NCBI GenBank assembly: GCA_963677495.2
Contig: CAXXOU010000001.1
Span: 896,001 to 960,000 of the forward strand
Length of the DNA: 64,000 bases
Direction of reading: 5' to 3'
Source: Candidatus Cloacimonadales bacterium
GTDB lineage: Bacteria > Cloacimonadota > Cloacimonadia > Cloacimonadales > JAFGVF01
A program made the translations under genes and the position numbers. The number at the start of each line of letters is the position of its first letter. Positions within the stretch are counted from its first letter, which is position 1. The notes beneath the pieces were generated by a model. That model did no database searches. It was not told the DNA's origin and saw only the letters and a list, made by a program, of their open reading frames with translations. Positions 1 to 10,485 of this stretch are shown here, one piece after another.

Positions 1-113
1 GACTAGATACATGGAGGTGGTGGAAAAATCCATATACAACAATCTAATTGACATAATGGAAGTGAAAATAATAGTTATAATTACTTAACTAAACTAATTA
101 TACTGGAACAAGA

Positions 114-2564
114 ATGAAATACACAAAAGTAAATTATGAATACCTATTGCCGAAAGTAGATAAGCCTTCCCGATATATCGGATATGAACTCAATGCTATA
201 AATAAACCTGTAACTGATAATACGATAAACTTCTGTTTAGCTTTCCCGGATGTTTATGAAGTAGGTCTTTCACATCTTGGATTAAAGATATTATACACCA
301 TATTGAATGGGGAAGAGGATGCTGTTTGTGATAGAACATATGCGCCTTGGCCTGACTTCATGGAGCTGATGCAGGAAAAAGAGATACCATTATTTAGTAT
401 TGAGAATAAGATTCCAGTGAAGGACTTTGATGTTATTGGCTTTACTGTTCAATCAGAGCTAAACTTCTCAAATATTCCTTACATGATTGACCTGGCAGGA
501 ATCGAGCTTGAAGCGAAAGATAGAAGTGAAGATGACCCAATTATCTTAGCAGGTGGACCGGCAATATCAAACCCCGAGCCATTAGCATTGTTTTTTGATG
601 CTATATTTATTGGTGAAGCGGAAGAGGGGATACTTGATATTAAGAACTGCCTGGTTGAGCATAAGAACTCAACAAGACAGGAAAAGCTTGAAGCTTTAAG
701 CAAAATCGAAGGTGTTTACGTTCCATTAGTACACACTGAAAATGATAAAATCAATATCCGTAAATATGCCGGTTTTGCCGGTTATGAGAAGAGTCATGAG
801 AATCAACTTATACCTTGGCAACAAACAACTCATGACCGTTATATTGCTGAGATTATGCGAGGATGTTCCAGAGGTTGCAGGTTCTGTCATGCGGGTTTCT
901 TCTATAGACCTGTTAGAGAGAGAAATCCTGATGAAGTAATTGAACGTATTATTGATGAAATCGAGAAATATGGTTGGGAAGATGCAGCTTTGACATCACT
1001 ATCTTCTAGTGATTATTCACAGATAAGAGGTTTGCTGTTTAGTATATTTAAACGTTTGAATGAGCATAGAGCTGATATATCCCTGCCTTCTTTACGGGTA
1101 GATACACTAGATGATAATCTTACTGCTCTGCTTAATGTTCTGGGTCAGAAAGGACTGACAATTGCCCCTGAAGCCGGATCTCAAAGACTGAGGGATGTAA
1201 TAAATAAGAACATCTCTGAAGAGGAGATTCTTGAAGGTGTTAGAGTAGCTTTAGCAAATGGATGGCGTTCGATAAAGCTTTACTTTATGGTTGGACTTCC
1301 ATTCGAAGAAAGAGAGGATATTGAAGCTATCGTAGAGCTTGTTCACAAAATGATAGCTCTTTCGGGTAAGAAGATACAGATTAATATTACATTATCTCCG
1401 TTTGTACCTAAACCGTTTACTCCGTTCCAGTGGGCAGGAATGGTTGAGAAAGAGGAACTCTTCCAACGTGTCTCAATTGTAAAACATGCTCTTTATAAGT
1501 ACAAGTTTATCAAAGTTCGCTATCATGAACTACAAAGCTCTATGCTTGAGACAATTCTTGCTAAAGGTGATAAGCGAGTTGGTTATGTCATGAAAGAAGC
1601 ATTTAAACTCGGAGTTAAGTTTGATGGCTGGAGAGAACATTTTAACTTTGAGCTTTGGGAACAGGCTTTACAGAACGTTGGATTAGAGCTTGAAGACTGT
1701 TTAAGAGGATTTGAGCTTGAAGAACGCTTACCATGGGATAATATATCTATTAAAGTATCAAAAGATTTCCTAAAGTCTGAATGGTTAAAAGCCCAAGCTG
1801 AGCAAACTACACCATCCTGTATTGATAGATGTACTAACTGCGGTATTTGTGACCAGGAAGTAACGATGGACTTTGCAACAACAGAGATGGATGAAGTGAT
1901 TGAGAACCTTGAAAGAAAGGAACCTGATAGTAATATTGAGCTCTTCTGGTACAGAATATTCTTTAAGAAACAGGGTGGTTTGCAGTATGTTGCCCATCTT
2001 GATTTTCTGAGAATGATGCATAGGGTTCTACGTGGAACAGGACTAGATCTTGCTTATTCGCAAGGATATAGTCCACATCCTAAGGTAAGATTCGGTCCAC
2101 CATTATCAGTTGGAGTACAGGGAATCAATGAGTTTATGGAAGTTGCATTCTATAAGAAATACAGCTCTGATGTTGTTTATGAAGCATTGATTCGACTTAT
2201 GACTGGTGATCTAGCTGTGAATAGAGTTATTACTCTTGAGAAAAAGACAAAGAGTACGATTGAAGAAACCGGACTGGAATTGCTTCAAATCACGCCGAAC
2301 GAGAATTGTACTGTAGATTTTGCTAAGATTATTGATGAATATAATAAGGTTGAAAGCTTTACTTTTGAAAGAATGAGAAAGAAGAAACTAAGGGAAGTAG
2401 AACTCAAAAATATTATCTCTAAGATAGATTGGAATGGTAGAAGCTTATTGATTCAAAAGAAGTTACAAGGTGCTAGTTTATTTGATATACTAGAACATCT
2501 CTTTAAGATAGCTAGGGATGAAACAAGTAGTTTTGAGATAATCAGATTAGACTTTATTTTCTAG
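114..2564 (+). CDS. B12-binding radical SAM protein (TIGR03960-like) fused to C-terminal radical SAM-linked DUF2344/TIGR03936-like domain
   Basis: N-terminal KPSRYIGYE and LAFPDVYEVG motifs; RGCSRGCRFC (CxxxCxxC); CxxCxxC cluster near aa 570; C-terminal YVAHLDFLR...YSQGYSPHPK...PPLSVG typical of DUF2344. Confidence 0.9.
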   Translation: MKYTKVNYEYLLPKVDKPSRYIGYELNAINKPVTDNTINFCLAFPDVYEVGLSHLGLKILYTILNGEEDAVCDRTYAPWPDFMELMQEKEIPLFSIENKIPVKDFDVIGFTVQSELNFSNIPYMIDLAGIELEAKDRSEDDPIILAGGPAISNPEPLALFFDAIFIGEAEEGILDIKNCLVEHKNSTRQEKLEALSKIEGVYVPLVHTENDKINIRKYAGFAGYEKSHENQLIPWQQTTHDRYIAEIMRGCSRGCRFCHAGFFYRPVRERNPDEVIERIIDEIEKYGWEDAALTSLSSSDYSQIRGLLFSIFKRLNEHRADISLPSLRVDTLDDNLTALLNVLGQKGLTIAPEAGSQRLRDVINKNISEEEILEGVRVALANGWRSIKLYFMVGLPFEEREDIEAIVELVHKMIALSGKKIQINITLSPFVPKPFTPFQWAGMVEKEELFQRVSIVKHALYKYKFIKVRYHELQSSMLETILAKGDKRVGYVMKEAFKLGVKFDGWREHFNFELWEQALQNVGLELEDCLRGFELEERLPWDNISIKVSKDFLKSEWLKAQAEQTTPSCIDRCTNCGICDQEVTMDFATTEMDEVIENLERKEPDSNIELFWYRIFFKKQGGLQYVAHLDFLRMMHRVLRGTGLDLAYSQGYSPHPKVRFGPPLSVGVQGINEFMEVAFYKKYSSDVVYEALIRLMTGDLAVNRVITLEKKTKSTIEETGLELLQITPNENCTVDFAKIIDEYNKVESFTFERMRKKKLREVELKNIISKIDWNGRSLLIQKKLQGASLFDILEHLFKIARDETSSFEIIRLDFIF

Positions 2565-2568
2565 GATT

Positions 2569-2751
2569 ATGGCACTATACATTATTTCTGAAATTGTTAT
2601 TCTGGCGTTGATATTCTTTGGCGTAATTTTCTTTCTTAGAAAGAGTAGAAAAGCCAGAAAAAAGATTAAAGATAGTAGGAAGGAGTTGTTTGAGATGCAG
2701 ATCAAACTGCAAAGCAAACTACTCAACAAAGATACGTTAGAGGAGGAATGA
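2569..2751 (+). CDS. small single-pass membrane protein, hypothetical
   Basis: Hydrophobic N-terminus, basic tail; fits tightly in the operon and its stop overlaps the next ATG. Confidence 0.6.
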   Translation: MALYIISEIVILALIFFGVIFFLRKSRKARKKIKDSRKELFEMQIKLQSKLLNKDTLEEE

Positions 2752-4487
2752 GTAGCATGGTAGGATATTTCATTCTTGGAGCATTGTTGGGTTTACTTGT
2801 AGTTATTAGTTTTGTTAGAGAAAAAAACTCAAAAGAGGAACTTAAACAGCTTAGAGAAAATAGCAGAGATAACGAAATTAAAGCTGCGAAGATGGAAACA
2901 GAGTTTAATGATTTGAAAGCTAAAGCAGAGCTTGTAGAGACACTTCGTAAAGAGAAAACTGAGAAGAGCGAAGAGCTTGAGGTGTCCAAAGCTAAGCTCA
3001 TTTCTGCTAATGATGAAATAAGTAGAATTAATGGAGATGTTCACTCTTTGCGAGAGGAAAATCTTAAGCAAAACAAGCAAATTAACGATAATAAAGAGCA
3101 AATATCACAGTTAGAGATAGAAAAAGCTACTCTAGTTACTGCAAAAAAAGAGCTTCAGGAAAAAGCTGACAAGCTACCACTATTAGAAAAATCGGATAAA
3201 GATAAATCTGTAGTTATTAAAGAGATCTCAACTCAGTTAGATAATAGTGTAGAACAACTAAAACAAGTTAGGGATGATCTGGAGAAAAGAAAGCTTGAAA
3301 TTAAGGATTTAAACAACAAACTAACTAAAAAGCTGGAAGAGTTTGCAATACTTGAAACGACTCTCGAAGAGGAGCGAAAGCAGACTGAAGAGAAGCTTCA
3401 ACTCTTGGATGAATCAAAAGAGAATATGAAGCATGAATTCCAGGTTCTTGCTAACAAGATTTTCGAAGAGAAGAGTGAAAAGCTCTCATCAACCAGTAAA
3501 GAAAGCCTTGATTCTGTGCTTAAACCTTTAAAAGAGCAGCTGACTCAATTTAAAACAAGAGTGAATGACATCTATGATAAAGAATCAGAGGAACGGGGTT
3601 TCCTTAAGAAAGAGATTTCTGATTTAAAGAAATTAAATGAACGTATCAGTGAAGATGCAATAAACCTTACTTCAGCTCTAAAAGGTGATAAAAAATCACA
3701 AGGTACATGGGGTGAGATTCAGTTACAGAACCTGCTCGAGCATTCCGGTCTTATTGAAGGAAGTGAGTATGAATTGCAAGTTTCACAGAGGGATGAGATG
3801 AACTCGTTATTCTTCCTTGATGCTGTTATTCATTTACCTCAAAATAGAGACATAATTATAGATTCAAAAGTGTCACTTGTGGATTATACTGATTATTACA
3901 GAGCTGAAAACCAGGAAGAGAAGGATTTGGCTTTAAAGAGACATATTAATGCATTACGGACTCATATAAAGCAACTTAGCGATAAGAACTATCAGAAATT
4001 GCCGGGTATTAATACTTTAGAATATGTCATTATGTTCCTTCCAATTGAAGCTGCCTATATTACAGCAATCAAAGAGGATCCAAATCTTCTTGAATATGCT
4101 TTGGGTAAAAACATAACATTGATTTGTCCTTCCACCTTATTAATAACACTTAAAACTGTTCATAATATCTGGAAGTATGAAAAGCAGAATAAGAATGCTA
4201 AAGATATTGCGATTCAGGGACAAAAAGTCTATGACAAACTAGTAGTTTTTCTTGAATCCTTTAAGAAGATTGGTAACAGTTTAAAATCGGCTAGTGATAA
4301 CTATGAGAATGGAATGAAACAATTAGTACACGGCAGAGGAAACTTAATCTCCGGTTTCGAAAAAATGAAAGAGTTGGGGGTACAACCTAAAAAGAGCATA
4401 GATTCGAAACTTATTGATGAAGCCAAGGCGGAAGCTGAGGTTTCTGCACTGATAGGAACAACAGAGGAGAAACAGGCAGATGAGTAA
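2748..4487 (+). CDS. rmuC: DNA recombination protein RmuC with long N-terminal coiled coil
   Basis: N-terminal TM helix, coiled coil, KSQGTWGEIQL, DAVIHLP, IIIDSKVSL and VIMFLPIEAAY motifs. Confidence 0.92.
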   Translation: MSSMVGYFILGALLGLLVVISFVREKNSKEELKQLRENSRDNEIKAAKMETEFNDLKAKAELVETLRKEKTEKSEELEVSKAKLISANDEISRINGDVHSLREENLKQNKQINDNKEQISQLEIEKATLVTAKKELQEKADKLPLLEKSDKDKSVVIKEISTQLDNSVEQLKQVRDDLEKRKLEIKDLNNKLTKKLEEFAILETTLEEERKQTEEKLQLLDESKENMKHEFQVLANKIFEEKSEKLSSTSKESLDSVLKPLKEQLTQFKTRVNDIYDKESEERGFLKKEISDLKKLNERISEDAINLTSALKGDKKSQGTWGEIQLQNLLEHSGLIEGSEYELQVSQRDEMNSLFFLDAVIHLPQNRDIIIDSKVSLVDYTDYYRAENQEEKDLALKRHINALRTHIKQLSDKNYQKLPGINTLEYVIMFLPIEAAYITAIKEDPNLLEYALGKNITLICPSTLLITLKTVHNIWKYEKQNKNAKDIAIQGQKVYDKLVVFLESFKKIGNSLKSASDNYENGMKQLVHGRGNLISGFEKMKELGVQPKKSIDSKLIDEAKAEAEVSALIGTTEEKQADE

Positions 4488-6841
4488 GATAAAGAAATTG
4501 TATGTTTTACACCATAGTCATACAGATATTGGGTATACAGAGCAGCAGCAACAGATACGGACTTGGCATATTGACTTTATAAAACAAGCATTAAAATATA
4601 CGAAGCAGGATTCTAAGTTTAAATGGAATTGTGAGTGTTTCTGGGCTGTAGAAAGGTATTTGCAGACTTGTAATAAAGAGGATCGTGATGATTTCTTTAA
4701 GGCTGTATTGAAGCATCAGATTGATGTCTCTGCAAGCTATCTTAACTTTAATGAGTTGATTGATGAATATACACTAAATTCGCTTGTTGAAAGGGCTGTA
4801 TCCACTTCTAAGAAATATGGTTTTGAGCTTGATAGTGCAATGACAGCAGATATAAATGGAGTTGGTTGGGGCTTTGCGAAAATCCTTACAGATAACAATG
4901 TAAGAAACTATTTTTCATGTGTTCATACCCACCATGGTATGTGGCCGGCTAATAGAAAGCAATATCCTTTTAAATGGATTGCACCAAACGGTAAAGAACT
5001 GTTAGTCTGGAATGGAGAGCATTATCATTTTGGTAATGAACTCGGATTAGCCCCAAAAGCCGGATCAAGCTATACAATTAAAGATGACTGTGATGCTCAT
5101 ACAATTTACTATGACTATTGGAAAATGGCTGAAGTACGTATTCCCAGATATCTTGAACTGCTAGAACAAGAGGGTTATGACTTTGATTTTGTACCAGTTA
5201 TGGTTTCCGGTCTTAGAACCGATAATTCTCCCCCATCTTTAGAGATTTCGAAGATGATTAAAAGATGGAATGCAGAGCATAGCGATATATGTGAAATTGA
5301 GATGACTACTTTAAGTGAATTCTTTAACAGAGTCAGAGTTTCTGATGTAGATATTCCGGTATATAAAGGAGATTGGCCTGACTGGTGGTCAGATGGATTT
5401 AATTCAGACCCTGATGGTGTTAAGATGTACCGTGAAGCTCAAAGGACATTTGAACTGGCACGGGCCATGGGCAATGGTTCTAGTACTATTACTGAAGCTG
5501 TAATTAATAATCTTGCTCTGTATAGTGAACATACATTCAGTCATTGTGATTCTATGGGCAGACCTTGGTGCAAACAAGTTAAGAATATTTCTTCCAGGAA
5601 GCGTAGTTTTGCTGTGGATGCATTAGAGAATGCCAGCATTCTACTTAGACATAAAATGGAAGAAGCCGGTCACACACATCTTTCTTACAATAGGTCTGCT
5701 AAGTTTAAGTTATTGAACCCATTTGAAGTAGCTATAGAAAAGCAGTCATCGAATGTTTATTGGATGGTATGAATGGAATGAGTTACACCTGAATGATGGT
5801 GCTAGAGTTATTGATAAAACATCAGGAAAGGTAATTCCTTCTCAAAAGCAATTTGTTCCATCCGGAGTAGAATATGTTATAAACCTTAAGTTAGATCCCA
5901 AAGAGGAAAAAGAGATATATCTTGAAAAGCATATTGAACAACCTATTGAGTTTGTTAACAGTTTTGAGCAGCGTGGTACTGATCGAGCCAGAATTGATAT
6001 TGGACCGAAGGATATAAACAGCATAGAAACAGATGCCTTTAAAATAACATATAAAGCTGGTATAGGTATAGATTCAATCTATAGTAAACAATACAAGAAA
6101 GAGCTTCTTCATGGTGACTTTAGTGCTTTTGCTCCTGTTTATGAGCTAACTCCTGTTAAGGATGCTCAAGATATTGGTTCGGTTAGAGGAGCAATGGGTC
6201 GTAATAGAAAGGGATTTAATGTACAAAGAACAGTTGGAAAGCTCCAATCCGTACAACAACTTAGCAGTGGTAAGCTATGGAAGGACATTGAGTTAAATTA
6301 TACATGTGATGGCATGGAATTTTATAAAGTAATACTGCGAGTTTGGAAAGAGCTTTCAAAAATCGATATTCAGGTTATTCTACATAAGCAAAGTGTTTGG
6401 GCACCTGAGAACCTTTATATTGCTCTGCCATTCACTACCAATCTAAAGGAGAGTCTTTGGATAGATAAACCAGATTGTATCTTTAGACCAATGCATGATC
6501 AAATACCCGGTACACTTACTGATTTCTATACTGTTCAAACAGGTTTTATAGTTCAATCTAAAAACTATGGAATATCACTGTCTATGCCTGATACTCCGAT
6601 ATTACAATTAGGTCCATTGCAGTATGGTAACCGCAAGCTAGCTGGAAATGATACAAAACCTGAGAAAGGATATCAATTTGCCTGGGTTATGAGTAACTAC
6701 TGGGAAACAAACTTCAATGCATCACTAGGTGGTTTCTATGAATTCAGTTATACTCTGGAAGTTAACGATTTAGGAAAACAGGAAGCTTTTGCGAAGATGA
6801 AGAATGATTCTTTGGAATCTGTTACTCTCAGGCTTAAGTAG
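4480..6841 (+). pseudogene. Glycoside hydrolase family 38-like protein split by a frameshift (ORFs 4480-5772 and 5753-6841); may be a sequencing error
   Basis: HHSHTDIGYT N-terminal motif, GDWPDWWSDG; second ORF has beta-sandwich character and WVMSNYWETNF; ORFs overlap in different frames; frame change lies within 5738-5770. Confidence 0.75.
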
Positions 6842-6971
6842 TACAAAACTACTATACCAATTGTCATACCGATCGAGTGAAGTATGAACGAGTAGAGGGA
6901 ACTCTCCCATAACTTTAGCCTTTCAACTAAAAAAGAGTTTATTTCGCTAGAGAAGCAAAGAAAAAGTAAGG

Positions 6972-7379
6972 TATTCTTAGTTAGAGTAGCAGTCACCTGT
7001 GCGAGTCTGCGAGCTTGGGGAAATGCGGTCTTTTCACTTGATTATACTTCGATGTCGCATTTCCCCAAACTCCTTTCAGTCGTACTGGTGACTGCTTTAG
7101 ACAGACTTTCACCGTAACGAAGTGTGGGGCGAGGATGAAAACTAGGGCTTACTACTCCGATGTGCATTATTTAGCCCATAAAGGGCTGGGAGTATTATGT
7201 TTTACTTTTCTATGGGCTCGCGCCCATAGCTATTCAGCTTCAGCCCCGAGGGCTGGTATCAGAAACACAGATTTCCACTAAAGCGACCAGTTATTCTTAG
7301 CTAGAGTAGTAGTCACCTGTGCGAGTTTACGAGCTTGGGGAAATACGGTCTTTACACTTGTTTTTTCTTCGTTGTCGCA
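6972..7379. repeat. Repeat family F: two direct copies (6972-7060, 7292-7379) of 'tattcttag..agtcacctgtgcgagt..cgagcttggggaaat'; the first pairs with an inverted arm at 7056-7100; related arm at 35635-35683
   Basis: Direct visual alignment; 'ttccccaaactcc...ggtgactgc' is the reverse complement arm. Confidence 0.8.
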
Positions 7380-7387
7380 AGAAATTG

Positions 7388-7480
7388 TTCGACTTCGTTC
7401 ATTTCGTTTTACTTCATTCAGCTTCGCTCAGGGTGACAATATTCAGGGAATTGCGTATGTAAATCTGGTGTCATCCTGTT
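7388..7480. repeat. REP-like palindromic module, also at 59300-59402
   Basis: 'tcga(c/t)ttcgttcatttcgttt(t/c)acttcattcagcttcgctcagggtgac' present at both sites, each followed by a 'tgtcatc(c/t)tg' counter-arm. Confidence 0.8.
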
Positions 7481-7509
7481 GATTTGAGTGATTTGTCTCA
7501 TTTCCACCC

Positions 7510-7547
7510 ACCTTTGGAATGGTCTTTAGACCTTGCAAATGGTGACC
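7510..7547. repeat. Repeat family D 'acctt..aatggtc...gacctt..aaatggt'; other copies about 32741, 35567, 35701(inv), 47686, 47787(inv), 48424, 51373(inv)
   Basis: Eight recognisable copies; 35567/35701 and 47686/47787 form inverted doublets. Confidence 0.8.
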
Positions 7548-7579
7548 TCGTAGGACATGTTGCGACTCTCTCCTCACCA

Positions 7580-7692
7580 GACCTGCACCGTGGCGATAGC
7601 ATGGGGCGGGAATGTTGAATGGTGAAACCGAAGCCAGGTATCCTAGTGTCAATTCTTCCTCGCCCCACACTATCGTTGCGGTGCAAGTCCGA
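7580..7692. repeat. Repeat family E 'cgccccacact..gttgcggtgcaagtcc' inverted doublet; other copies about 7111(inv), 35393, 35800, 51422
   Basis: Visual alignment of copies. Confidence 0.8.
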
Positions 7693-7872
7693 AGGCTATC
7701 GTGTCCTCAGTTTGAGCTTGGTTTATCCGTGGTTCATGCGTGGAAAAGTAGTAAACAATTGCCATAGATCTTTATGGTTAAGGTATAGGTATTCCTTGTA
7801 TATAGAATAATATCTTTTTAATTAAACTTGACAACTAAATAGTGTCAGATTTGCTTATTTAGTGAGGTTCCA

Positions 7873-8544
7873 ATGAAATCAAAGAATAATGAATACTTCG
7901 ATCGAGTCCTGTTGATAACAAACCAGAAGCTATCTGAAGAGATTTTCAGTAGTATTATTAGTGGTGCAGGTGCAGTATTAACTGTCACTGCAATGGTTTT
8001 GTTGATAGTCTATTCTGCCCTAAAAGGAGATGTAAACAAGGTTGTTTCCTTCTCTTTATGGGGGTCGTTTATCTTTATGGCCTATATATTCAGTGTATTG
8101 AATCATGCTTTAACTAACAGAAAAGCCAAAAAAGTATTTAGAGTGTTCGACAGCTTTTCAGGATATCTAGCCCTAATAGGTACAATTATTCCCATTGCAC
8201 TTATTGGATTGCCGTCACCATACAACTGGATAATCTTTAGTGTTTTTGTATTTTACGGTACTATAGGTATTGTCTTTAAAACGGCTCTTCCAAAGAATGT
8301 CCAGCTTTATTCATTGATTTTGAATGCCTTAATAATCATTACTTTTGGTATATTTGCGAAACTGTTCTATCAGGAATTACCGGTACAACTCATCCACTAT
8401 TTTATTTTGAGTTTTGCTTTCTGCCTAGTTGGTTTGGTATATAGAATAATGGCAGGAATCAGATTTAATCATAGTATTTTCCATTTAATGATATTGTTAG
8501 CAAATCTATTTCATTACTTTGCTTTCATGAGATACCTTCTATAG
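7873..8544 (+). CDS. Hemolysin III / PAQR family membrane protein
   Basis: EEIFSSI, about 7 TM helices, HSIFHLMILLANLFHY C-terminal His motif. Confidence 0.85.
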   Translation: MKSKNNEYFDRVLLITNQKLSEEIFSSIISGAGAVLTVTAMVLLIVYSALKGDVNKVVSFSLWGSFIFMAYIFSVLNHALTNRKAKKVFRVFDSFSGYLALIGTIIPIALIGLPSPYNWIIFSVFVFYGTIGIVFKTALPKNVQLYSLILNALIIITFGIFAKLFYQELPVQLIHYFILSFAFCLVGLVYRIMAGIRFNHSIFHLMILLANLFHYFAFMRYLL

Positions 8545-8551
8545 GATGTAA

Positions 8552-9628
8552 ATGAACAAAAAGAAGAAAGATAAGAAACTAATCTCCCATAAAAAAGTAA
8601 GAATCAGGAATGTTGATGTTGGTAATCTGGATGATTACGATAATCTTACTCATGTTAAGCAAGTTAAAGGCATCAAACGTCATTCCGATAAGAATGTATC
8701 TTACAAATCATCACTGAACCTTAGAACCGGACGCGTTGTTGAAATTCAAACAAACCATAGATGTCTGGTAGAGTTCGAAGATGGTAAAGTTGAAACATGT
8801 GTACTCGGGGGCAGACTTAAGCAGTATAACTTCAAAACTCACGCTCTTGCTGTAGTTGGTGATATTGTTAAAGTAGATATGCTGAATAATGGCAGCTTAC
8901 GGGTTGAGGAGATAACTCCTCGTGCTAACTGTTTCTCTCGTTTCTCGGAGGGTGGTTTCCAGAAAGAGATTCCGATTGCCAGTAATCTAGATTTGATTGT
9001 AATTACAGTCTCATGGGCTTATCCAATGATTAAATACGGTTTAATTGACCGTTATCTATGTTTAGCTGCTAAGTATGATATAACCCCTCTAATCTGCTTG
9101 AATAAAATGGATTTAGCTACAGATATTGAGTTTGTAAAAGAGGATGTGGCTTACTACGAAGAGAGTGGAATCAAAGTTGTGTTAACATCATGTGAAACAG
9201 GTATGGGGATTGAAGAGCTTAAAGATGAATTAGCAGGTAAAGTTTCACTGTTCAGTGGTCAATCCGGTGTAGGTAAAAGTACATTAATCAATAATCTACA
9301 TCCCGGAATTGAACTCAAAACTGCTGAGATTAGTGATTTCAATGAAAAAGGAAGACATACAACAACCAGTTCACGTTTGATAAAGTGGAATTTTGGAGGT
9401 TATTTAGTAGATACTCCCGGTATAAAAACAGTTACACTGCACAGTAGTGATCATGATAGCATTCCAAACTTGTTTCCCGGATTTGATAGATTTATTGATG
9501 GTTGTAAGTTCAGAAATTGTACTCATACCCATGAAAAGCAATGTGGCGTAAAAGACGCTGTTGAAACTTTAGAAATACCATTAGAGAGATATGAATCATA
9601 TCTACGTCTTTTAGAATCACTTAAATGA
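8552..9628 (+). CDS. rsgA: Ribosome small subunit-dependent GTPase A
   Basis: NKMD, GQSGVGKS, GRHTTT, DTPG, CKFRNCTHTHEKQC zinc finger. Confidence 0.96.
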   Translation: MNKKKKDKKLISHKKVRIRNVDVGNLDDYDNLTHVKQVKGIKRHSDKNVSYKSSLNLRTGRVVEIQTNHRCLVEFEDGKVETCVLGGRLKQYNFKTHALAVVGDIVKVDMLNNGSLRVEEITPRANCFSRFSEGGFQKEIPIASNLDLIVITVSWAYPMIKYGLIDRYLCLAAKYDITPLICLNKMDLATDIEFVKEDVAYYEESGIKVVLTSCETGMGIEELKDELAGKVSLFSGQSGVGKSTLINNLHPGIELKTAEISDFNEKGRHTTTSSRLIKWNFGGYLVDTPGIKTVTLHSSDHDSIPNLFPGFDRFIDGCKFRNCTHTHEKQCGVKDAVETLEIPLERYESYLRLLESLK

Positions 9629-10485
9629 AAAATATCATAGCATACATCAATCCTGAAAGGGGTAATACACCGGAAGTAAAGAGTATTATTGATGCGATGC
9701 ATAAAAAGCATAATATCGATTTTTGGTCACTTCCACAAGAGAGGAATCTCTTTCCTGAGTCAATCACTACAGCTACAGAAAAACAACTTAGAGAGCTCAA
9801 ATGTGATTGCATACTGGTATTTGGTGGAGATGGCTCAATTCTACAAGCTAAAGATGCTGCACTTAAGTTTAATACCCCAGTCTTAGGAGTAAACCTAGGG
9901 AAGTTGGGATTCTTAGCAGAAACCGACATTACAGATTTAGAGAAATCTATGGATGAGCTTGTACAGAAGAAGTTCCGAATCCAATCCAGAATGCTGATTA
10001 GTGCTCAAGTTTGGCGTAAAAAAGAGATGATTTTTTCTACTCTTGCTTTGAACGATGCTGTCATCTATAAGTCAGTTTCTCCTAAGCTTATTGAAGTAAA
10101 GATTCTAGATAATAACAGACATGTTATGACAGCAAGATGTGATGGTTTTGTTGCTGCAACTCCTACAGGATCGACAGCTTACTCATTAGCTGCCGGAGGT
10201 CCTATTCTGACACCTGTAATGGATGCAATAGTAATTACACCTCTAAACCCTCATATTATGGCAATAAGACCGGTTGTGTTTCCTGCCAGAAACAGGATAA
10301 ACTTTAAGATGATAGACCAGGAGCATAAATCAATGTTGCAGATTGATGGAGTGAATACAATTGAGCTCATGGAAGGAGATACTGTCAAAATCAGAGGGGC
10401 TAAACGAAAAGTTAACTTTATAAAGCTTTCCAATAGAACGTTCTATCAGATTTTGAGAAACAAAATGCATATGGGAAGGATATGA
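9625..10485 (+). CDS. nadK: NAD kinase
   Basis: GGDGS, GVNLGKLGFL, ALND, ATPTGSTAYSLAAGGP. Confidence 0.96.
   Translation: MKNIIAYINPERGNTPEVKSIIDAMHKKHNIDFWSLPQERNLFPESITTATEKQLRELKCDCILVFGGDGSILQAKDAALKFNTPVLGVNLGKLGFLAETDITDLEKSMDELVQKKFRIQSRMLISAQVWRKKEMIFSTLALNDAVIYKSVSPKLIEVKILDNNRHVMTARCDGFVAATPTGSTAYSLAAGGPILTPVMDAIVITPLNPHIMAIRPVVFPARNRINFKMIDQEHKSMLQIDGVNTIELMEGDTVKIRGAKRKVNFIKLSNRTFYQILRNKMHMGRI

Noticed and set aside
3..47. Possible 3' end of an upstream gene (LDTWRWWKNPYTTI*)
   Set aside because: Too short to identify or confirm
6845..7745. Possible CRISPR array in the repeat-rich islands
   Set aside because: Repeats are heterogeneous, often inverted, irregularly spaced, and no cas genes are present
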